A DNA stretch of 64,000 nt, from contig JAIOQI010000042.1 in the NCBI GenBank assembly GCA_021413445.1, positions 2,588 to 66,587 on the forward strand. The letters run 5' to 3'. Positions within the stretch are counted from its first letter, which is position 1, and each line of letters begins with the position of its first letter. The position numbers and the translations under genes were made by a program. The notes beneath the pieces are model-generated. The model was not told where the DNA came from and made no database searches. It saw only the letters and a program-made list of their open reading frames with translations. Source of the stretch: Alphaproteobacteria bacterium. GTDB taxonomy: Bacteria > Pseudomonadota > Alphaproteobacteria > Micavibrionales > UBA2020. Of the stretch, positions 21,526 through 32,173 are shown in pieces.

Positions 21526-22326
21526 ATGGTTTCAAGAGACTTCAACAATATCAATGAAATTCACAAGACCCAGGCGCTGCTGAGCAACGAGTCGGATCCC
21601 GCCCGGATCGCCGACGCCCTCAGCGGCAGGAACGCCCCCTGGAACCAGAACGTCAAAACCGCCCTGCTCGTCGCCCAGGCGGCGGAGCGCGCCTATCAGC
21701 TGGCCCGGAGTGCGGAAGAATACGCCCGGAAACATGAGGGCAGCGTTGAATATTACACGCACCTCAATGAAGACCGCCGCGCCTGGATGCGGGAATTCCC
21801 CGGCGAAAAAGCCGCTGAGTACGATAGTGATATTTTCAAGTCCGTCGGCGCAGAAAACGACCCGGAGCTGCTCAAGGCCGCGCAGGCCACCTGGATGGCG
21901 GCGCAACTCTACCTGAACAACGAAACCAGATCCATCAAGGAAGAAATCACGCTCAACGGGTTTTTAGGCCGGGCGATGACAATGGGCCCTGAATATGCCG
22001 ACGGTTTTAAAAGCGCCGCCGCCGGGCTTTACGAGCAGGCCGCACAGATGCTTTCCAAAGAAGGGCACGCGGATGCCGCCGCCAGTCTCAGCGCGGTTGG
22101 GAAGGCGATCATGAAATACGTCGTTGACAATCAAGATGCACCGCCGCCGGCAAAGTTCCTGAAGAGCCTCCTGCATCAGGAACAGTGGGGACTTCAGCAG
22201 GCCAATATCGCGCTGGGCGACGAAAAATGGTCATTGTCCAATGATTATGAAGCTACCCTGCAAAAACTAATCAAACTGACGGAGCCGCCGCCCGCCGCGG
22301 GAAAAAAGGCCATGCTAAAACTATAA
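21526..22326 (+). CDS. hypothetical alpha-helical protein, paralogue A
   Basis: 266 aa with GC3-rich codons and no signal peptide or TM. Shares KTALLVAQAAERAY, DPELLKAAQATWM, ADGFK.AAA..Y.QAA and KL.KLT.PPP blocks with the next gene. Confidence 0.8.
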   Translation: MVSRDFNNINEIHKTQALLSNESDPARIADALSGRNAPWNQNVKTALLVAQAAERAYQLARSAEEYARKHEGSVEYYTHLNEDRRAWMREFPGEKAAEYDSDIFKSVGAENDPELLKAAQATWMAAQLYLNNETRSIKEEITLNGFLGRAMTMGPEYADGFKSAAAGLYEQAAQMLSKEGHADAAASLSAVGKAIMKYVVDNQDAPPPAKFLKSLLHQEQWGLQQANIALGDEKWSLSNDYEATLQKLIKLTEPPPAAGKKAMLKL

Positions 22327-22339
22327 GGAAAGCAGCATC

Positions 22340-23182
22340 GTGACCACCGATGATTTTAAAAGCGCCGTGGAAATCAGCAAGACCCGCACCGCCATGAACC
22401 TGCGCCTCGGCGAGGTTATCAGCGCCATCATCGGCGACGGCCGCGTCAAGGAGCTTTTCGACAAGGCCGGGAAACATCCCGATGAATACGCCGGGCAAGC
22501 GACCGGCGAGATGGCGCTGAAACTGAACGTCATCACGCCGGACACGAAAACCGCCCTGCTCGTGGCGCAGGCCGCGGAGCGCGCTTACCGGCTGGCCGAA
22601 AAAGCGGAAAGCTACGCCCAAAACCACGAAAACCTTGTCGGGTATTACAGGAAGAAGAACAAAGGGGTTGCCACAGAAAAAATCCTTTTGATCGACGAAA
22701 AGGCCGTGGGCGTGGTCGGCTATGACGACCCGGTCTTCAAGTTTGTCGGGTCAGAAAAAGACCCGGAACTGCTCAAGGCCGCGCAGGCCACCTGGATGGG
22801 CGCACAGATATACCTGAACCAGGAGATCCACGCCATCAACACAGCTGGCTTGGGCCTCGACGGCGAAGACTCGATGGGTGCCAAATTTGCCGATGGCTTC
22901 AAAAAAGCCGCGGCGGCATTTTATACCCAGGCCGCACGGCTTCTTGACCAGGAAGGCCACACAGCAGCGGCGGAAAAGCTCAAGGCCGTCAGCAAAGAGC
23001 TGGACAGTCGTGTGAAAAATCAGAATCCTCCCATGCCTTCGGCCTTTACCGATTACATCTATCACTACAATAGGGAGCTTTTTTTAGGCACGGCGATGAC
23101 GCAGGAGAAGGAAGCTATATTCAAGAAGCTGGTGAAACTCACCGCGCCGCCGCCAGAGCCCAAGACGGGGCCCCAGTCCTAG
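22340..23182 (+). CDS. hypothetical alpha-helical protein, paralogue B
   Basis: 280 aa with a GTG start. Carries the same conserved blocks as paralogue A, including a 31-nt identical run (22769-22799 vs 21868-21898). Confidence 0.8.
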   Translation: MTTDDFKSAVEISKTRTAMNLRLGEVISAIIGDGRVKELFDKAGKHPDEYAGQATGEMALKLNVITPDTKTALLVAQAAERAYRLAEKAESYAQNHENLVGYYRKKNKGVATEKILLIDEKAVGVVGYDDPVFKFVGSEKDPELLKAAQATWMGAQIYLNQEIHAINTAGLGLDGEDSMGAKFADGFKKAAAAFYTQAARLLDQEGHTAAAEKLKAVSKELDSRVKNQNPPMPSAFTDYIYHYNRELFLGTAMTQEKEAIFKKLVKLTAPPPEPKTGPQS

Positions 23183-23194
23183 ACAGGAAACGCC

Positions 23195-24031
23195 ATGCCC
23201 GAATTGCCCGAGGTCGAAACGGTTTGCAAGGGACTGGCCAGGGTGCTCCCCAATCGCAAGATTGTTGGGGTGCGGCAGAACCGCCATGATTTGCGCATCC
23301 CCTTCCCCGCTGATCTGGGCAGCATCAAGGGGCGGAAAGTCACCACCATCAAACGCCGCGCCAAATATATCCTTGTCCACCTCGATGACGGCCGGACGCT
23401 GATTATCCATCTCGGCATGTCGGGTCAGCTGACGGTCAGCAAAAAGAAATACGCAGCAGAAAAACACGACCATCTGGTGCTGACGCTGGACAACGGCGCG
23501 CAGGTCGTTTTCAACGACCCCCGGCGCTTCGGGCTGGTGGCGCTGGCCAAAACCAAAGACCTCGCACAGCACAAATTTTTCACCCATCTGGGGCCGGAGC
23601 CGTTTGACAAAAAATTCACCGCCGCCTTTCTTGCTGAAAAATTCAAAAGCAAAAAAGTCGCCGTCAAGCTCGCCATCATGGACCAGACGCTGGTGGTGGG
23701 GGTCGGCAATATCTATGCCTCGGAAGCGCTGTTCAGCGCACGCATCGACCCCCGCCGCGCCGCCCAATCCCTGAAGCCGGAGGCGCTCAAAAAACTGGTG
23801 ACCGCCGTGCGCAATATCCTCAAGACCGCGATCAGGGCCGGCGGCTCCTCCCTGCGCGATTACGTGCATGCCGACGGCAGCCTCGGCGATTTCCAGCAGC
23901 ACTTCGCCGTCTATGGCCGCGAGGGGCAGAAGTGCAGGGGCTGCAGCTGCAACATCCAGAAAACCGGCGGCGTGAAGCGCATCACCCAGGGCGGGCGCTC
24001 GACTTTCTACTGCCTGCTGAAGCAGGAGTAA
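23195..24031 (+). CDS. mutM: formamidopyrimidine-DNA glycosylase
   Basis: 278 aa. N-terminal MPELPEVE and a C-terminal zinc finger C.GC...GGRSTFYC. Confidence 0.95.
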   Translation: MPELPEVETVCKGLARVLPNRKIVGVRQNRHDLRIPFPADLGSIKGRKVTTIKRRAKYILVHLDDGRTLIIHLGMSGQLTVSKKKYAAEKHDHLVLTLDNGAQVVFNDPRRFGLVALAKTKDLAQHKFFTHLGPEPFDKKFTAAFLAEKFKSKKVAVKLAIMDQTLVVGVGNIYASEALFSARIDPRRAAQSLKPEALKKLVTAVRNILKTAIRAGGSSLRDYVHADGSLGDFQQHFAVYGREGQKCRGCSCNIQKTGGVKRITQGGRSTFYCLLKQE

Positions 24032-24036
24032 GCGCC

Positions 24037-24984
24037 ATGGGCTTTGAACAAACAGTGAAAAATTTTCAGGACAACAAAATCAGCGTCCTCAATAAACCCG
24101 TTGAGCCAGACGCTTCCTTGCTACAGCAGCGCCTCAAAAGTATCATTGATAAAATAATTGCGACGCCGGATGGGGAAAACCTGGTCAGCTTCCTGCTGGA
24201 GCACAATATTCCGGTAGCCTTCTCAAAAGCCACCCAATATGCCGCCCACAGAACAAATCTAGCCCTTAAAGAAGGAAAACTGATGCCTGTCCCCGGAACG
24301 CAATTCATACTCATTAACCCGGACCAAGACGATGCCCTGCTTATCAGCGCTTTTTTGCATGAAGCGCGCCACGCGCAACAATGCTTAAGCGGAATGGCAA
24401 TGCCCGACAAGCGTGTTTCACCGCAGCATCTGGCCGTGTTCACGCGCATGCTGGAGGCCGATGCGCAGGCCACTGCTGTCCTGAAAGCCTTCAAGATGAA
24501 ACTTGATGGCGATGACTCCCTGTTTGCGGCCGGAAAAACCATCGGTTATCAAGAGATGTACCGCGTGGCCGAAGAACAGTATTTAAAAGACCCCACCTCT
24601 CTCGACAACGGGCGGCTCAAAAGAATGATTTTCGACGCATGGTTTTCTGAAGCGGACGGAACGAAGCACGGCTACGACGGGCTGGTCATAGGAACTGTCT
24701 GGCCATTTTATAATGGATTGCTGGACTGCTATCCAGACAACAGCTTTTCCAAATCCCCCCTCACCGTCAAAGACCTTGAAAAGCTTGGCACGGTCGGTGG
24801 CGAAAGCATGAATTACCTGACCCTCCCCGGCTTCCGGTCCCTGGGCGATCCTTATTACATAGAGGGGTTCTCTCCCTTGCACCATCTCCAGCTTCTGACA
24901 TTGACCGAAGCTTGGCAAAAAACACCGCTGCCGACACAAGATAATCTCTCCAAAAAAGCCCCGGCTGGCGGACCAGGCTTGTAA
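24037..24984 (+). CDS. hypothetical HExxH...E (gluzincin-like) protein, family not recognised
   Basis: The track ORF starts at 23932 inside mutM; ATG 24037 follows the mutM stop. 315 aa. HEARH at 24358-24372, and a Glu 28 residues after the second His (LEADAQA). No signal peptide. Hand-counted GC is about 48%. Confidence 0.75.
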   Translation: MGFEQTVKNFQDNKISVLNKPVEPDASLLQQRLKSIIDKIIATPDGENLVSFLLEHNIPVAFSKATQYAAHRTNLALKEGKLMPVPGTQFILINPDQDDALLISAFLHEARHAQQCLSGMAMPDKRVSPQHLAVFTRMLEADAQATAVLKAFKMKLDGDDSLFAAGKTIGYQEMYRVAEEQYLKDPTSLDNGRLKRMIFDAWFSEADGTKHGYDGLVIGTVWPFYNGLLDCYPDNSFSKSPLTVKDLEKLGTVGGESMNYLTLPGFRSLGDPYYIEGFSPLHHLQLLTLTEAWQKTPLPTQDNLSKKAPAGGPGL

Positions 24985-25025
24985 ACGGGCTTGGCAGATA
25001 GGGTCGAATTGATTAAGCTCTACCC

Positions 25026-25382
25026 ATGAAAATATTCCTTCTCCTCTGCGCCCTGCTGTTGCTGACCGCCCCCCCGGCCCTCGCCGCGCCCGCCCTTTAT
25101 TCGCTGGTGATCGAAGACCTGCCGCTGATGCCGGGGATGGTGGAAAAGCCTGATGAAGCCGTCGATTTCGACAGCCCCTCGGGACGGATCGTCGAAACCG
25201 CCGCGGAAACCGAAGCCACGGCGACGGACATCCTGGGGTTTTATGCCGGCGCCCTGCCGCCGCTGGGCTGGACGGTCCTTCCGCCCTACAGCTTTACCCG
25301 CGAGGATGAAACGCTGGTTTTGGACATCGCGCAAAAAAACGGCGTAACCCTCGTCCGCTTCAACCTGACACCAAGGAAATAA
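25026..25382 (+). CDS. small secreted hypothetical protein
   Basis: 118 aa. Clear signal peptide [22 protein letters not shown]. Ends 4 nt before echA. Confidence 0.65.
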   Translation: MKIFLLLCALLLLTAPPALAAPALYSLVIEDLPLMPGMVEKPDEAVDFDSPSGRIVETAAETEATATDILGFYAGALPPLGWTVLPPYSFTREDETLVLDIAQKNGVTLVRFNLTPRK

Positions 25383-25386
25383 AGCC

Positions 25387-26163
25387 ATGAATTTTGAGAA
25401 CATCATCGTCGAGAAGCGCGGCAGGGCCGGCATCATCACTCTCAACCGCCCGAAGGCGCTGAATGCGCTGTGCCAGGCGCTGATGGACGACATGACCATG
25501 GCGCTGGACGATTTTGAAAACGATCCCGCCGTCAGGGTCATCATCATCACCGGCAGCGACAAGGCTTTTGCCGCCGGCGCCGACATCAAGGAAATGGCCG
25601 CCAAAAACTTCATCGACGTCTATAAGGAAGATTTCGTCACCAAAAACTGGGAGCGCGCCTCCCGCTGCCGCAAGCCGGTGATCGCGGCGGTGGCCGGGTA
25701 TGCCTTAGGCGGCGGCTGCGAACTGGCGATGATGTGCGACTTTATTATTGCCGCCGACACCGCCAAATTCAGCCAGCCCGAAATCACCATCGGCACCCTG
25801 CCCGGCGCGGGCGGCACCCAGCGCCTCACCCGCCTGATCGGCAAGTCCAAAGCCATGGAGCTATGCCTGACCGGTCGCATGATAGACGCCGCAGAAGCCG
25901 AAAGGGCGGGGCTGGTGGCGCGGATTTTCCCGGCGGCCGAGCTGATGGCCGAAACCCTTAAAATCGCTGAAAAAATTGCCGAATTTTCCGCCCCCGCCGT
26001 AATGATGGTCAAAGAATCGGTCAACCGCGCTTACGAAACCACCTTGGCCGAGGGGCTCAGATTCGAACGGCGCCTGTTTCACGCCAGCTTTGCGACCGAA
26101 GACCAGAAAGAAGGCATGAATGCTTTCGCCGAAAAGCGCAAAGCCGCCTTTAAAGACAAGTAA
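25387..26163 (+). CDS. enoyl-CoA hydratase (crotonase family)
   Basis: 258 aa. [15 protein letters not shown] and [15 protein letters not shown]. Confidence 0.92.
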   Translation: MNFENIIVEKRGRAGIITLNRPKALNALCQALMDDMTMALDDFENDPAVRVIIITGSDKAFAAGADIKEMAAKNFIDVYKEDFVTKNWERASRCRKPVIAAVAGYALGGGCELAMMCDFIIAADTAKFSQPEITIGTLPGAGGTQRLTRLIGKSKAMELCLTGRMIDAAEAERAGLVARIFPAAELMAETLKIAEKIAEFSAPAVMMVKESVNRAYETTLAEGLRFERRLFHASFATEDQKEGMNAFAEKRKAAFKDK

Positions 26164-26190
26164 ATCAAGGGGATTCCGCCCCCGCTTGAT

Positions 26191-26199
26191 TTATCCACA
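26191..26199 (+). promoter_or_regulatory. consensus DnaA box TTATCCACA
   Basis: A perfect 9-mer 7 nt upstream of a TTGACT -35 hexamer in front of rpsT-dnaA. Confidence 0.5.
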
Positions 26200-26205
26200 G
26201 GATGC

Positions 26206-26234
26206 TTGACTTTGCCCTCAAAGACCTTTAAAAA
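26206..26234 (+). promoter_or_regulatory. candidate rpsT promoter (TTGACT-N17-TAAAAA)
   Basis: Hexamer spacing is 17 nt and the element lies about 90 nt upstream of the rpsT ATG. Confidence 0.35.
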
Positions 26235-26326
26235 CTTCATTCCCTGTGAGATTTGGCTTACCAAAAGCTGATTCTCGGCAGCTGGAAATGAATTAACTTG
26301 TCAAACGAAGAAGAGTACACAAAACA

Positions 26327-26593
26327 ATGGCTCAACATAAGTCCGCCAAAACCAGAATTCGCCGCAATGCGCGCCGTGACGACATCAACACGCATCGCAC
26401 CTCCAAAACCCGCACCAGCATCCGCAAGGTGGAAGAAGCCATCGCCGGCGGCGACTACACCGTCGCCAAGGAAGCCCTGAAAAAGGCGCAGCCCGAACTG
26501 CATCGCAGCGCGGACAAAGGCCTCATGCACAAGAAAAACGCCTCCCGCAAGCTGTCGCGCCTGTCGGCACGCATCAAGGCCCTGAAAAAGTAA
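26327..26593 (+). CDS. rpsT: 30S ribosomal protein S20
   Basis: 88 aa. MAQHKSAKTRIRRN... Confidence 0.96.
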   Translation: MAQHKSAKTRIRRNARRDDINTHRTSKTRTSIRKVEEAIAGGDYTVAKEALKKAQPELHRSADKGLMHKKNASRKLSRLSARIKALKK

Positions 26594-26620
26594 TTTTTCT
26601 TTCCTGAAATTTTAAATATA

Positions 26621-26660
26621 AAAAGCGCCGTGTCGGTTTGTTTCCGCACGGCGCTTTTTA
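26621..26660 (+). terminator. rho-independent terminator after rpsT
   Basis: AAAAGCGCCGTG-N14-CACGGCGCTTTT followed by a T-run. Confidence 0.85.
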
Positions 26661-26897
26661 TTTGCCTCCGAATCGGGATGCGGCGCGCCGGTTTTCAAAA
26701 AACGTGTAAAGCTTTTTCTCAAAAACAAAAAATCTTTATTCGGTACGTTTCTTGCTTTTTTTATTTTTGACGCAGTCTCCGCTTGCGACTCATTTTGAGC
26801 GAAGATAGTATGCTCCTTCCTCACAACTGAATAATTTAAAAAATTGAATACTGCGCCGAAGCGCGGCTTGGGAATTGTTTATACAGGGATTTGAAAT

Positions 26898-28325
26898 ATG
26901 CTCGAAAAAGGGAATACCGCCGCCGTTCAAAAACAGGATTTGGCAGGACATTCCCCCGCTATCAATATCGAGCAGGCCTGGGAACAGATCAGGTCCCTGC
27001 TGCATAAGGAATTCGGCGCAGCGGCTTTCAAGAGCTGGATCGCGCCGGTGATCCCGCAAGGCCTCAGCAACGGCGTGCTGGAGCTGGCGGTGCCCACCCG
27101 CTTCATGCGCGACTGGGTGAAAACCCACTACACCGACCGGATCCGCCAGTTGTGGGCGCAGAATTTCAGCGTCATCGCCCGCGTGGATGTCGTCATTGCG
27201 GCAGCGGAAAAGAACGGCGGCGCCGCGTTATCGCCCGCCGCCGCGGAACGGCCCGCCAATACCAACGAAGTCAAATACGAAACGGCCTCGATCACCGATA
27301 CCCTGTCGTCGCCGCTCGACCCGCGCTTCACCTTCGACAATTTCGTCGTCGGCAAGCCCAATGAGCTGGCGCATGCCGCCGTCCGCCGCGTCGCCGACAG
27401 CGACACGGTCGCCTTCAACCCGCTGTTCCTCTACAGCGGGGTCGGCCTGGGCAAGACCCACCTGATGCATGCGACGGCCTGGGCGATTCGCGCCCGCGCG
27501 CCGCAGCGCAAGGTGCTGTACATGTCCGCCGAAAAATTCATGTACCAGTTCGTCCGCGCCCTGCGCTTCAAGGACACCATGTCGTTCAAGGAGCAGTTCC
27601 GCTCCGTCGATGTGCTGATGATCGACGACATCCAGTTCATCTGCGGCAAGGAATCGACCCAGGAGGAGTTCTTCCACACCTTCAACGCGCTGGTCGATCA
27701 GAACAAGCAGATCATCGTTTCGGCGGACAAGCCGCCTTCCGACCTCGACGGCCTGGAAGACCGCCTGCGCTCCCGCCTCGGCTGGGGCTTGGTGGCGGAC
27801 ATCTATCCCACCACTTACGAGCTGCGCCTCGGCATCCTCGAGCAAAAGCGCGAGATGCTGAAGCGCGAAGTCCCCCAGCAGGTTCTGGAATTCCTGGCGC
27901 ACAAGATCACCTCCAACGTCCGCGAGCTGGAAGGCGCGCTCAACCGCATCATCGCCCATTCCGAACTGATGGGGCGTCCGGTCACCATCGAGGGGGCCCA
28001 CGACCTGCTGCAGGACCTGCTCCGCGCCAACGACCGCCGCGTGACGGTGGAGGAAATCCAGCGCAAGGTCGCGGAACATTACAATATCCGCCTCAGCGAC
28101 ATGCATTCCCCCCGCCGCGCCCGCATGGTGGCGCGCCCGCGCCAGATCGCCATGTACCTGGCCAAGGCGATGACCGAGCATTCCCTGCCCGAAATCGGCC
28201 GCAAGTTCGGCGGTCGCGACCACACCACCATCATGCACTGCGTCAGCCGGATCGAGGAATTGGTCATATCCGACCGCACCCTGCGGGAAGATGTCGAGCT
28301 GCTCAAACGCGCTATTGGCGGGTGA
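26898..28325 (+). CDS. dnaA: chromosomal replication initiator DnaA
   Basis: 475 aa. Walker [10 protein letters not shown], and C-terminal DNA-binding region [11 protein letters not shown]. Confidence 0.97.
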   Translation: MLEKGNTAAVQKQDLAGHSPAINIEQAWEQIRSLLHKEFGAAAFKSWIAPVIPQGLSNGVLELAVPTRFMRDWVKTHYTDRIRQLWAQNFSVIARVDVVIAAAEKNGGAALSPAAAERPANTNEVKYETASITDTLSSPLDPRFTFDNFVVGKPNELAHAAVRRVADSDTVAFNPLFLYSGVGLGKTHLMHATAWAIRARAPQRKVLYMSAEKFMYQFVRALRFKDTMSFKEQFRSVDVLMIDDIQFICGKESTQEEFFHTFNALVDQNKQIIVSADKPPSDLDGLEDRLRSRLGWGLVADIYPTTYELRLGILEQKREMLKREVPQQVLEFLAHKITSNVRELEGALNRIIAHSELMGRPVTIEGAHDLLQDLLRANDRRVTVEEIQRKVAEHYNIRLSDMHSPRRARMVARPRQIAMYLAKAMTEHSLPEIGRKFGGRDHTTIMHCVSRIEELVISDRTLREDVELLKRAIGG

Positions 28326-28390
28326 CCCGCTCTTCGGCTTTGACCCCCGCCTGAAATCAGCGCTATATTATATGGACAAGGTGGTGTCCC

Positions 28391-30343
28391 ATGTTTTTGC
28401 GTATCCTTATCCTTCTTCTTTCCGGCCTCTGGTTCCTGACGGCGCAGCCCGCACAGGCCGGGGAAGCGCCCCGGCACACCCAGGCGCGGATATTTTCCGC
28501 AGTCGAGGGCGTCGATCAGCTGAAAACCGTGCCGGTCGGCGTCGAGGTCCAGCTGGACCCCGGCTGGAAAACCTATTGGCGCACCCCGGGAGAGGTGGGC
28601 CTGGCGCCCGTGTTCGACTGGTCGGGCTCCGTGAACCTCAAAAAAGCGCGCGTGCAATGGCCGGCGCCGAGCCGCTTCGCCGCCTTTGACATCGACAATT
28701 ACGGCTACGAAAACAGCATCACTTTCCCAATCGACATCAAGCCGCAGGAAACGGGAAAGCCGGTTGCCCTCAGCCTCAAGCTGGATTTGCTGATCTGCAA
28801 CAAGATCTGCATCCCCGAATCGCACCGCCTGTCCCTGACCATCCCCGCCGGAACCGCAAAAGTCTCCGCCGACCAGGGCGCGCTGGCAGCGGCGATGCAA
28901 AAAATACCGGTCACAACCGATCAGAAGAGTTTTTCCGTCCAGAACACCTGGCTGGAAACCGGCGACGATGGAAAAATCTATTTTCACGTCAATGCCGGCG
29001 CCGCGGCCCCCTTGGGGGCGGACGCCGATATGTTTGTCGAGCATTCATCTTTCATCAGCATCGGCAAGCCCGCTTTCAACTATGACGCCGCCCAGCAAAG
29101 GCTCCATATTCAGGCACCGGTGAGGTCCAGTGAGACGCTGGAGACCCTGCAAAAAACCCTGGGCCAGGGACGGATCACCCTGACGGTCGTCGATCAGGGC
29201 CGCGCTTTCGAGCGGCAGGCCGCCCTGAACGGCGGCAAAGCCCCGCCCCTCGCTGAAGATATCAGCCACCTCGCGCAGGAACATCTCAACCTGGGCATCC
29301 TGTTTTTCGCCTTCATGGGCGGGTTGATATTGAACCTGATGCCCTGCGTGCTGCCCGTTTTGTCATTGAAAATATTGTCCGTGCTCAGCCACGGCGGCAA
29401 GGATCACCGCATCCACCGCTGGGCGCTGTTCCGGAACTTTATGGCCTCGGCGGCGGGCATCCTGTTTTCTTTCTGGTTGATGGCCGGCGCCCTGACCGCG
29501 CTCAAAACGGCCGGCCAGAGCATCGGCTGGGGCATCCAGTTCCAGCATCCGGGGTTCCTGATCTTCCTGATCGCCGTGCTGTCCGCCTTTGCCGCCAATA
29601 TGTGGGGGCTGTACGAAATTCAGGTGCCGCGCTTCATCGCCAGGAACCTGCCCGCCCGCCACGAACATGAACCGACATTGGCGGGCCACTTTTTGACCGG
29701 CGCTTTCGCCACCCTGCTGGCCACGCCCTGCACGGCGCCGTTTCTGGGCACGGCCGTCAGCTTTGCGCTGGCGGGGGCAGCGGCGGATATTTTCATCGTC
29801 TTCACTTTTTTAGGCATCGGCCTGGCCTTCCCCTATATCGTCCTGGCCCTGTCGCCGCATATCTTTAAATATATGCCGAAACCGGGGCGCTGGATGGTCA
29901 CCTTCAAAAAGGTGCTGGCCGTGGCGCTGGCCCTCACCGCCGCCTGGCTGGTCAGCGTGCTCATCACTATTTCCAGCCAGCCGACGCTGGACAGCGGCTG
30001 GAGCCCTTTCGACGAAGCCCGGATCATGCCCGCCGTCGAAGACGGAAAAACCGTGGTGGTCGATGTCACCGCCGACTGGTGCCTGACCTGCAAGGCCAAC
30101 AAAAGGCTGGTGCTCGACCAGCAGGATGTCGAGGACGCCCTTTCCGCCCCCAATATCCTGCGCCTGCAGGCCGACTGGACGCAGCACAACGAAGCCATTG
30201 CCGCCTATCTGAAAAAATACGGCAAGTACGGGGTGCCCTTCAATATCGTCTATGGCCCCGGCGCCCCGAACGGGATTATCCTCAACGAGCTGCTGTCCAA
30301 GCAGGAAATCATGCGCGCCCTGGCCGAAGCCTCGGACGAATAA
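28391..30343 (+). CDS. DsbD/ScsB-family thiol:disulfide reductase (periplasmic N-domain, CcdA-like TM core, C-terminal thioredoxin)
   Basis: 650 aa. Signal peptide, TM core with [11 protein letters not shown], and C-terminal [11 protein letters not shown] (CxxC). Confidence 0.88.
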   Translation: MFLRILILLLSGLWFLTAQPAQAGEAPRHTQARIFSAVEGVDQLKTVPVGVEVQLDPGWKTYWRTPGEVGLAPVFDWSGSVNLKKARVQWPAPSRFAAFDIDNYGYENSITFPIDIKPQETGKPVALSLKLDLLICNKICIPESHRLSLTIPAGTAKVSADQGALAAAMQKIPVTTDQKSFSVQNTWLETGDDGKIYFHVNAGAAAPLGADADMFVEHSSFISIGKPAFNYDAAQQRLHIQAPVRSSETLETLQKTLGQGRITLTVVDQGRAFERQAALNGGKAPPLAEDISHLAQEHLNLGILFFAFMGGLILNLMPCVLPVLSLKILSVLSHGGKDHRIHRWALFRNFMASAAGILFSFWLMAGALTALKTAGQSIGWGIQFQHPGFLIFLIAVLSAFAANMWGLYEIQVPRFIARNLPARHEHEPTLAGHFLTGAFATLLATPCTAPFLGTAVSFALAGAAADIFIVFTFLGIGLAFPYIVLALSPHIFKYMPKPGRWMVTFKKVLAVALALTAAWLVSVLITISSQPTLDSGWSPFDEARIMPAVEDGKTVVVDVTADWCLTCKANKRLVLDQQDVEDALSAPNILRLQADWTQHNEAIAAYLKKYGKYGVPFNIVYGPGAPNGIILNELLSKQEIMRALAEASDE

Positions 30344-30361
30344 CGCCCCCTTCCGGCACGA

Positions 30362-32149
<1,788 letters not shown>

Positions 32150-32173
32150 GGAATTCCTTATGAGCGCCTAAAC

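Noticed and set aside
23932-24036. N-terminal extension of the HExxH protein ORF into mutM
   Set aside because: It overlaps the mutM zinc-finger coding region. ATG 24037 lies 5 nt after the mutM stop.
26663-26897. Possible oriC in the AT-rich rpsT-dnaA spacer
   Set aside because: I found no consensus or near-consensus DnaA boxes; the best matches have 3 mismatches. I also found no repeated AT-rich 13-mer-like units. It is treated as the dnaA promoter region only.
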